In this document: positions 57,037 through 64,000 of the stretch, in pieces | How the letters are laid out: each line of letters begins with the position of its first letter | How positions within the stretch are numbered: position 1 is the first letter of the stretch | Assembly: GCA_043811395.1 (NCBI GenBank) | Contig: JBDRNE010000115.1 | Location: forward strand, 12,212-76,211 | From: Candidatus Omnitrophota bacterium | GTDB lineage: Bacteria; Omnitrophota; Gorgyraeia; Tantalellales; Tantalellaceae | DNA length: 64,000 nucleotides | Direction: 5' to 3' | Notes under the pieces: model-generated | Told to the model about the DNA's origin: nothing | What the model saw: the letters and a program-made list of their open reading frames with translations, nothing else | Databases searched by the model: none | Position numbers and translations under genes: made by a program

Positions 57037-58939
57037 AGTGATTAATCTTGTCTTTTATGTTCTACCAATTGAGGTTAATTTAGCCATTGGCAGGAGTTTG
57101 GGCGGATGTATATATCTTTTAAGCGGGAAAAGAAGCGCGATTACGTATTCGAACCTTAAAGCGGCATATGCTTTGAGCAAATCTGCGGAGAATGAAAACA
57201 AAACCCCGCAGGAAATTAAGCGGATCACGAAAAGTGCATACAGGAACGTTGGGCAAACTTTTGCGGAACTTATTTCAATGACAAAGGTTTCCTCGGCGTA
57301 CATAAACAAATTTGTAAGTATCAAGAACTTTGAAAGAATACAGTCTGCCGCTAAAAATCCTAAAGGGATGATTTTGGTTTCCGCGCATTTTGGCAACTGG
57401 GAAATTAGTACCATAACGAGCGGGTTTAAGGGGTTCCCGATGTACATTTTAGCGCGGGACCAAAAAATGAAACGATTAAATGAACTTTTAAATGTACTGC
57501 GTGAATCTAAAGGAATTAAGGTTATACGAAAAGGTGCAAGCATTAAAAATATCTTTCGTGTGCTTCAAAATGGTAAAAATATTGGTTTGCTTGCTGATCA
57601 AAATGCCGGTCCGCAGGGGTTTCTGGATGATTTTTTCGGTCGGCCCGCTTCAACTGCCGTCGGCCCGTATCGGTTTGCGCAAAAAAGCGGAGCATGGATA
57701 TTGCCGGCGTTTATTCATCGGGTAAAAGGGCCATATCATGAGCTTGTGCTGGAAAAACCGATGGTTTTGGGCAAGGACGATGACATAGGGGTTTATCTGC
57801 ATGAATACAATAAACTTTTAGAAAAACATGTGAGGGCGCATCCCGAGCAGTGGTTATGGATGCATAAAAGATGGAAGATGACGCCGGTAAAATATGTTAT
57901 GGTTTTAGATGATGGAAAAAAAGGTCATTTAAAACAAAGTTTAGCGGTTGTAGGGCAGATGAAACAGTACCGGGAGAATGAAGGGTTTAGTCCGGAAAAC
58001 CTAAAAATGCAAATAGTGCCGGTAAAATTCAAAAGCAAGAAGAATAAAATTATTTTTAACCTAGCAAGTTTGTTTTTTTCTGCGCGGTGTCAAGGATGTT
58101 TAAAATGTTTAAAATGGGCGCTTAAAAAGGATAGTTATGAGTTGATTTCGTCAAAATACGCGGATATTATCGTGAGCTGTGGTTCGAGTTTGTCATCGGT
58201 TAACAGGCTTATGAAAATAGAGAATTATGCCCGCAATCTTACGGTACTGGATCCGGGGGTTTTGATTCGAAAAAAGTTTGATCTTATTGTGGTTCCTCGG
58301 CATGATGCCGGCGGGCGGAGTTTTGACGAAGATAAAACTATAGTAACAGAACTATCTCCTAATTTGGTGAAAGAATTACCTGGTATGGAGGTCAAGCAGA
58401 ACTGTATAGGGGTATTGTTCGGTGGTGATAACAAGTATTTTAGTTTGACCGAAGAGATGGCTCGCATTGCGGTAAAAGAGTTAAAGAAGGCATGTGAATC
58501 TATTGACGGGGAAACTTATATTACTACTTCACGAAGGACTGTGCCCCCGGTAGAGAAGATTTTAAAAAACGAGTTTGAAGCTTATTCAGGAAGTTATAGA
58601 TTTGTTTCCGGTTCAAACGATAAAGATCCGTTTACTGTAGAGAAAATTTTGGCACGAAGCAATGTGGTTGTTGTTTCAGGAGAAAGCATTTCAATGGTGT
58701 CGGAAGCTGTTGCTTCCGGCAGACAAGTATTAGTTTTTATGCCTAAAAAAAAGACGAAAGACATTACGAAGTATGAAAAGTTTGTTCAAAATCTCGAACA
58801 AAAAAAGTATCTTAAATGCGTTAATATTGAGGATATTGCCGCAAGAATCACAGAGACTGTAAAACAGGGGAAATTGAAGAAAAATATTGTGCCGGAAGAT
58901 AATAAAAGAATTTATGAGAAAATGTATAGATTGTTTTAG
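57005..58939 (+). CDS. lpxL: Fusion: lipid A biosynthesis lauroyl/myristoyl acyltransferase (LpxL/HtrB family) + C-terminal ELM1/DUF1022-like domain
   Basis: The N-terminal ~290 aa carry the HFGNWE acyltransferase motif and the LpxL C-terminal signature EQWLWMHKRWK. The C-terminal ~350 aa start at VMVLDDGKKGHLKQSLAV, which is typical of the ELM1 family. The TTG start follows AAGGAGG. Confidence 0.7.
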   Translation: MLDLIASFLVRVINLVFYVLPIEVNLAIGRSLGGCIYLLSGKRSAITYSNLKAAYALSKSAENENKTPQEIKRITKSAYRNVGQTFAELISMTKVSSAYINKFVSIKNFERIQSAAKNPKGMILVSAHFGNWEISTITSGFKGFPMYILARDQKMKRLNELLNVLRESKGIKVIRKGASIKNIFRVLQNGKNIGLLADQNAGPQGFLDDFFGRPASTAVGPYRFAQKSGAWILPAFIHRVKGPYHELVLEKPMVLGKDDDIGVYLHEYNKLLEKHVRAHPEQWLWMHKRWKMTPVKYVMVLDDGKKGHLKQSLAVVGQMKQYRENEGFSPENLKMQIVPVKFKSKKNKIIFNLASLFFSARCQGCLKCLKWALKKDSYELISSKYADIIVSCGSSLSSVNRLMKIENYARNLTVLDPGVLIRKKFDLIVVPRHDAGGRSFDEDKTIVTELSPNLVKELPGMEVKQNCIGVLFGGDNKYFSLTEEMARIAVKELKKACESIDGETYITTSRRTVPPVEKILKNEFEAYSGSYRFVSGSNDKDPFTVEKILARSNVVVVSGESISMVSEAVASGRQVLVFMPKKKTKDITKYEKFVQNLEQKKYLKCVNIEDIAARITETVKQGKLKKNIVPEDNKRIYEKMYRLF

Positions 58940-59074
58940 CCCGGGCAATTTCAACTTGTAGTTGAAGTCGAGGCGGGCATGTTGCACGTGGCAGGTAACA
59001 CGTATCTTTTTATCTCGAGAGTGGGAAGGAAAGCCGGGCACGCAATGTGTGGCCTGCGTAACTTAGTATAAAAT

Positions 59075-61174
59075 ATGAATATTTTACAATTGGTTCCAAA
59101 ACTAAATGTGGGTGGTGTGGAAAAAGGCACTGTTGAAGTCGCGCGTTATTTGGTTCTTAACGGGCATAAGGCCGTTGTGGTTTCCGGAGGCGGAAGTTTT
59201 GAAAAAAAACTTGCCGCTATCGGCGCGCGTCACTACGCGTTGCCGGTAGGGAAAAAGAATCCATTTATTATGATGTACAGTTACTTTAAGCTGAAACAGA
59301 TAATTCTAAAGGAAAACATCAATATTGTGCATGCGCGGAGCCGGATACCTGCTCTCATTGGATATTTTGCGGCCAGGAAAACTGGTAAAGTTTTTATAAC
59401 TACCGCTCATGGACAATATAAAAAACATCTCATAAGCAAAGTAATGGGATGGGGAAAAATAGTTGTTACTGCCAATGAAACAATGGCAAGATATATGAAG
59501 GATAATTTTAACGTTCCTCTTCGAAAAATTAGTATTGTGCCAAGAGGGGTTGATCTTGAAAAGTTTTCTTTCAAATTGCCAGCTCAAAAGGTCGGCAAAA
59601 CTTTGCGTATAGGAATGATTTGCCGGTTTACTCCGCTTAAAGGGCATTTAGATTTTTTAAAAGCCGCCTCATATGTTTTAAGAAAAATTCCTAATCTTGA
59701 AGTTATTATGATGGGAGACAAATCTTCCGCGAAAGAAGAATATATTAAGAAAATTGAGCTGTCCGTTAAACGGCTTATGATGGGAGGAGTCGTAAAATTT
59801 ATCGACAGCAGTCAAAGCGTTTCAGAAGTAATGAAAAGTTTAGATATTTTAGTTTCGGCAAACAGAGAACAGGAAGCTTTTGGACGTTCGATTATTGAAG
59901 CTCAAGCGTGTGGGGTTCCGGTAGTCGCGACGAAAGTAGGTGGTGTTATTGAAACTGTATTAAACGAACAAACAGGTTTGTTGTGCGAGGCCGGAAACCC
60001 GACAGATATGGCGGATAAAATACTCCAATACGCGCGGGATTTAAAACTTATGCAGACAGTAGCCTTAGCCGCACGGCAATATGTTGAGGATAATTATTCT
60101 TTGAGAAAAGCCATGGATTTGACGATGCAGGTTTATACGAAAGCGCTTAACGCTAAAAGTATACTTGTCCTTAAAATGAGCGCGCTGGGAGATGTTATTC
60201 TCGTGGTACCGTCACTACGGGCGATAAGAGAACGGTATCCAGGTGCATTGATAAAAGTGCTTGTTGACGCGCGTTTTCGTGACTGTTTGGCAAATTGTCC
60301 ATATGTAGATGGAGTTATTTCTTGTGATTTTCAAACGCGGGATAAAGGAACGGGGTTTTTAAGGTTAGCGGCGAAACTTCGTTCAGAGGATTTTGATATG
60401 TCAATAGATTTTCAGAATAATACTAAAAGCCATATGTTGTCGTTTTTAGCGGCTATTCCTGAAAGATATGGATATGATAACCGGAAGATGAGTTTTTTAA
60501 TTAACCGAAAAATCAGTTTACCAAAAAAGCCTCTGTCCCCAATTGAACATCAAGCATGTGTTTTAGGTCTTATGGGAATTACAAGGGTAGAACCTGTTCT
60601 TAAACTTTGGCCAGGAAAAGACGATGTGGCGTGGGCTCAGAAATTCCTGAAAGATAATTGGCTGAAAGAGCGTCAGAAAATTGTCGGGTTTGCTTTGTCC
60701 TCGAGCAGTAGGTGGGAAACAAAAAACTGGGGACTTTCTGCTATGGTAGAAGTTGCGGATATGTTGGCAAAAAATGAAAACATAAGAGTCGTTCTTTTAG
60801 GGCAGGATTCGGATAACAATCTTAAAGAACTTTTTCTAAAAAAAACAAGAGCTAAACCAATAGACGCGGTAGGAAAAACCAGTATTTTACAGCTTTTCGC
60901 GCTTATCGGAGAATGTGACGCGGTACTTACCGGAGACAGCGCTCCTATGCATATTGCTACTAGTATGGGGACGCCTTTTACAGCTATTTTTGGTCCGACA
61001 GATCCTATCCGGCATGTTGTACCAGGGGAATTTTGTAAAATTTTGTATAAAAAACAGACATGCGCGCCATGTTATAAAGGTGTATGTAAGCGGAATAAAA
61101 AATGTATGACAAGCATAAAAACGTCCGAAGTTTTTAGCGCTTTAATGGAAAATATAAGAGATGGAAAAGAGTAA
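59075..61174 (+). CDS. Fusion glycosyltransferase: N-terminal GT4 (GT-B, retaining) + C-terminal GT9 heptosyltransferase-like domain
   Basis: The N-terminus (NVGGVEKGT...EAFGRSIIEAQACGVPVVAT) is the GT4 EX7E region. The C-terminus (ILVLKMSALGDVILVVPSLRAI) is GT9 and carries the C-terminal G...GDS..MHIA motif. Confidence 0.75.
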   Translation: MNILQLVPKLNVGGVEKGTVEVARYLVLNGHKAVVVSGGGSFEKKLAAIGARHYALPVGKKNPFIMMYSYFKLKQIILKENINIVHARSRIPALIGYFAARKTGKVFITTAHGQYKKHLISKVMGWGKIVVTANETMARYMKDNFNVPLRKISIVPRGVDLEKFSFKLPAQKVGKTLRIGMICRFTPLKGHLDFLKAASYVLRKIPNLEVIMMGDKSSAKEEYIKKIELSVKRLMMGGVVKFIDSSQSVSEVMKSLDILVSANREQEAFGRSIIEAQACGVPVVATKVGGVIETVLNEQTGLLCEAGNPTDMADKILQYARDLKLMQTVALAARQYVEDNYSLRKAMDLTMQVYTKALNAKSILVLKMSALGDVILVVPSLRAIRERYPGALIKVLVDARFRDCLANCPYVDGVISCDFQTRDKGTGFLRLAAKLRSEDFDMSIDFQNNTKSHMLSFLAAIPERYGYDNRKMSFLINRKISLPKKPLSPIEHQACVLGLMGITRVEPVLKLWPGKDDVAWAQKFLKDNWLKERQKIVGFALSSSSRWETKNWGLSAMVEVADMLAKNENIRVVLLGQDSDNNLKELFLKKTRAKPIDAVGKTSILQLFALIGECDAVLTGDSAPMHIATSMGTPFTAIFGPTDPIRHVVPGEFCKILYKKQTCAPCYKGVCKRNKKCMTSIKTSEVFSALMENIRDGKE

Positions 61175-61204
61175 TTAGAACTTGAAAATATTGGTTTTTA
61201 AAAT

Positions 61205-62308
61205 ATGAAAATACTATTGTTAACTACACACTTAAATATAGGCGGAGTAGGGTTTTATACGGTAAACTTGGCCAAATACCTAAAAAAAAGAAATGTTGAT
61301 GTTATTGTAGTTTCTTCCGGAGGGGATTTGGAAGAGATATTAGTTCGCGAACGTATACCTCATATAAAAATAGATATAAGGACTAAGTTTGAATTCAGCT
61401 TTAAGATTTTAAAAGTAGTACCTGTATTGTTCAATTTAGTAAAAAAAGAACATATTCAGGTAATACATGCTCAAACACGCGTAACGCAGGTCTTGGCATG
61501 GATTGTGTCAAGAATTACGCGGATTCCTTTTATTTCAACATGCCATGGTTTTTTTAAATCTCAAAGATTATCCCGTAAGCTTTTCCCGTGCTGGGGAGAG
61601 AAGATTATTGCTATAAGTGTCAGCGTTAAGGAACATCTTTTGGAAGATTTTTTTATTCCTAATAAGCGAGTGGAATTAATTCGTAACGGGATTGAAGTCA
61701 ATCGTTTCGTAAAAATCGCTTCTGAAACAAGAAGCAATCTTATAAAGAAGATGAATTGGTCTCGGGATGTGATAATAGTAGGTTCCGTTGGACGGCTTTC
61801 ACCGGTAAAAGGGTTTAATTATCTTATCTCAGCCTTCAAAAGGGCTAAAGCTGATAACGACAAGTTGAAATTACTTATTGTCGGAGAAGGTAAACAAGAA
61901 TCTGTTTTAAAACAGCAGGTTGAAAGTGCCGGGCTTTCTGGTGAGGTTTTGTTTGTTTCCGGCCGGGAGTCTTTGGAATACTATTTATCTGCAATGGATA
62001 TTTTTTGTCTATCGTCGGTAAGTGAAGGGTTAGGATTGTCTCTCATGGAGGCCATGGCGACAGGTATTGCCTGTATCGCTAGCAGTGTAGGTGGTCTCGT
62101 GGAACTTATTAATGATGGAGTAGATGGGCTTTTAGTTCCGGCAAAAAACGTTGAAAAATTAAGCGCTACGATAATTCGTCTGGCTGGAGATGATGTTTTT
62201 AGGACTTTGCTGAAAAAAAACGCGCAAAAAAAAGCTATTGAAAATTTTTCAATTGAAAAAAGCGTCGAGAAAACGATAAAAGTATATAGAGAAATGACAA
62301 AAGAATGA
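61205..62308 (+). CDS. Glycosyltransferase family 4
   Basis: It is paralogous to the N-terminal half of the preceding fusion (LLLTTHLNIGGVGFYTVNLAKYL...EGLGLSLMEAMATGIACIAS). Confidence 0.8.
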   Translation: MKILLLTTHLNIGGVGFYTVNLAKYLKKRNVDVIVVSSGGDLEEILVRERIPHIKIDIRTKFEFSFKILKVVPVLFNLVKKEHIQVIHAQTRVTQVLAWIVSRITRIPFISTCHGFFKSQRLSRKLFPCWGEKIIAISVSVKEHLLEDFFIPNKRVELIRNGIEVNRFVKIASETRSNLIKKMNWSRDVIIVGSVGRLSPVKGFNYLISAFKRAKADNDKLKLLIVGEGKQESVLKQQVESAGLSGEVLFVSGRESLEYYLSAMDIFCLSSVSEGLGLSLMEAMATGIACIASSVGGLVELINDGVDGLLVPAKNVEKLSATIIRLAGDDVFRTLLKKNAQKKAIENFSIEKSVEKTIKVYREMTKE

Positions 62309-62417
62309 CAAAATTTACCGCCAAAAGCGGGTCCGCCTCCGGTGGAAAATGTGAAAATGTTGTAGGGGAGGCCCTTGCGTCCTCCCCTAGTAGTGAATGG
62401 TAGATTGTGGATGAAAA

Positions 62418-63449
62418 ATGGAGAAACCTAAAAGAATACTTATTTTTGAATTAAATTGGCTGGGAGACATACTGTTTTCTTTTCCTTTTATTAAGGCTCT
62501 TAGAGGCGCTTTCCCGTCTGCTTATATAACTTGCGCGGTGGTGCCTCGGTACGCGGAACTTTTAAAAAACAATACTTGTGTGGATAAAATATACGAACTT
62601 TCAGATGGTAACGGCGTTTTATCTTTATTGGAAAAATTAAAATTTATCTTTTTTTTACGAAAAGAAAGATTTGATACTTGTTTTCTTCTTAAACCTTCAA
62701 GAAATAAATCATTTGTCGCGTTATGCGCGGGAATTAAGCGAAGAATAGGGTTCGGTGGTAAAAAATCTTTTCTTACGGAAGAAGTAAAGCTTCCCCTAAA
62801 AGAAATGCACAGAGTGTTTCAGATTTTGCTCATTGCAAAAAGTATTGGCATAGATGTTACAGATGATAAATATGAATATTGTGTAAATATAGAAGATTCA
62901 AAGTGTGTTAATGAGTTATTAAACGCGGATACATGCGATAACAATGCTTTAATTGCGATTAATCCCGGAGGGAACTGGCCAGCGAAAAGGTGGCCCGCTA
63001 AAAACTTTGTATTGCTTGCAAAAAAAATTTTAACTCAGTTTAGTAACGTAAAAATTGTTATAACAGGTGCTAAAAAAGATAAGTTACTTGCGGAAGATGT
63101 GGCGCGTGAAATAGGAAGTGAAAGGTGTTGTAACTTGGCAGGGTGCACAAAGTTGAATGAGTTAGCCTCGGTTTTTAGTAAATGTGCTCTTATGATAAGC
63201 TCTGATTCAGGCCCGTTACATTTAGCTTCCGCGGTCGGGACCGTTACAATAGGTATTTTTGGGCCGACATCACATAAAATCACCGGGCCGATGGGGGTTG
63301 GCAGGAGTATTGTAATTAGAGAAGATATTGATTGTAAAATTCCATGTTACGAAGAGCATTGTATGAAAGATTATATTTGCATGGAAAAAGTGACTGTAGA
63401 TAAGGTTTTTAACACGGTTTGTGATTTGTTTGGCCGGGGTGCTAAGTAG
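62418..63449 (+). CDS. Glycosyltransferase family 9 (ADP-heptose:LPS heptosyltransferase-like)
   Basis: The GT9 N-terminal motif is ILIFELNWLGDILFSFP, and the C-terminal motif is SGPLHLASAVGT. Confidence 0.8.
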   Translation: MEKPKRILIFELNWLGDILFSFPFIKALRGAFPSAYITCAVVPRYAELLKNNTCVDKIYELSDGNGVLSLLEKLKFIFFLRKERFDTCFLLKPSRNKSFVALCAGIKRRIGFGGKKSFLTEEVKLPLKEMHRVFQILLIAKSIGIDVTDDKYEYCVNIEDSKCVNELLNADTCDNNALIAINPGGNWPAKRWPAKNFVLLAKKILTQFSNVKIVITGAKKDKLLAEDVAREIGSERCCNLAGCTKLNELASVFSKCALMISSDSGPLHLASAVGTVTIGIFGPTSHKITGPMGVGRSIVIREDIDCKIPCYEEHCMKDYICMEKVTVDKVFNTVCDLFGRGAK

Positions 63450-63607
63450 AAGGGGGTGCAAGATTCAGTTGCTTTGTGTACCCGTATCAAACAGGTCCTC
63501 GGCTTCTAAAGTGGCCTGTGAAACTCGCCGGGCATACAAAGCAAGTGAATCTTTTGTCAAAAAGGTGTTTTGTGCAACGTGGAGCCTGTAACGTGTTACG
63601 CTAAATT

Positions 63608-64000
63608 ATGAAAATAGACAAAAAAAAAGTAAAATTAATTTTATTTATAACACTAAATAATTTGGGTGATATTGTGTTAACTACCCCTGTTTTTAATGAG
63701 CTTTGCCGAGAATTCCCGTCAGCTCTTATAGATGTTGTAACAGGGGCGCCTGGGAGAGAAATCTTTATTTCTCATCCTGCTGTCAGGGAGGTAGCGGTTC
63801 ATGGAAAAAGAAAATCATTATTAGATAGAATTTCTCAGGTTTTCCAGTTTCGCCGCAAAAAGTATGATTTAATAATAGATTTAAAAAACTCCCTTTTGCC
63901 GCATTTGATCGGGGCAAAATATCATGCAAATTTATACGCGTTTATAACGGAATTTATGCGCAGAAAAGGAGCTTTTCATAAAAAAGAACAGCATTTAATG
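63608..64000 (+). CDS. Glycosyltransferase family 9 (heptosyltransferase-like), 5' partial at the window end
   Basis: The ATG is at 63608. The N-terminal motif is LILFITLNNLGDIVLTTPVF. The frame stays open to the end of the window, so the gene is absent from the ORF track. Confidence 0.7.
   Translation, partial: MKIDKKKVKLILFITLNNLGDIVLTTPVFNELCREFPSALIDVVTGAPGREIFISHPAVREVAVHGKRKSLLDRISQVFQFRRKKYDLIIDLKNSLLPHLIGAKYHANLYAFITEFMRRKGAFHKKEQHLM

Noticed and set aside
58940-59074. Sigma-54-type promoter (TGGCAC-N5-TTGC) in the GC-rich spacers of the LPS cluster.
   Set aside because: TGGCAG/TGGCCT-like hexamers are present, but the -12 TTGC element at the correct spacing is not.
1-64000. CRISPR arrays, rRNA/tRNA genes, toxin-antitoxin pairs and phage or defence islands.
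   Set aside because: I found none of these. There are no regularly spaced repeats, no tRNA cloverleaf-like GC-rich 75-nt segments, and no short paired ORFs with TA-like features.

Overview
This is an AT-rich bacterial chromosome segment, and nearly all of it is densely packed housekeeping genes on the + strand. The organism looks like a diderm: the window carries lolCDE-like, mlaEFD, waaA-lpxK-lpxL and several heptosyltransferase genes. The gene order, however, is Firmicutes-like. Examples are mcsA-mcsB-clpC without ctsR, yacL-ispF-cysE-cysS, tmk-holB-yaaT-metG and dprA-topA-xerC.

In sequence order the window holds:
- a PDZ protein, then a two-helix membrane HAMP-only protein
- an IS200/RAYT-like Y1 transposase flanked by perfect inverted repeats
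- comM/yifB, a yraN-like gene, an ECF sigma factor and a divergent STAS protein
- polX and ligA
- lysS
- lolC/E and lolD
- a class IV aminotransferase
- mcsA, mcsB and clpC
- mlaE, mlaF and mlaD
- a PIN-TRAM protein, ispF, cysE and cysS
- tmk, holB, a PSP1/YaaT protein and metG
- a three-gene His-Asp signalling module
- an Ogt/MGMT remnant
- a TatD-radical SAM fusion
- a CPBP protease
- mtnA, thiL, tsaE, tsaB and alr
- ilvB, ilvN, ilvC and leuA
- aroE, pilD, aroC and aroK
- an HD-GYP protein
- dprA, topA and xerC
- an LPS core cluster: waaA, lpxK, an lpxL-ELM1 fusion, a GT4-GT9 fusion, a GT4, and two GT9 genes, the last one partial.

I found no rRNA, tRNA or CRISPR, and no obvious defence island. 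The unusual content falls into three groups:
- a RAYT element whose inverted repeats abut the stop codons of both neighbouring genes
- a family of long GGGGTCAG...CTGACCCC hairpin repeats sitting just after stop codons, with partial direct repeats; one of them creates a false N-terminal extension on alr
- several GC-rich intergenic islands with shared short motifs, probably regulatory or ncRNA, together with several domain fusions (TatD-rSAM, LpxL-ELM1, GT4-GT9).

Start codons were checked by hand. Many ORF-track M residues are TTG or GTG, and I moved several starts to downstream ATGs with better Shine-Dalgarno support.
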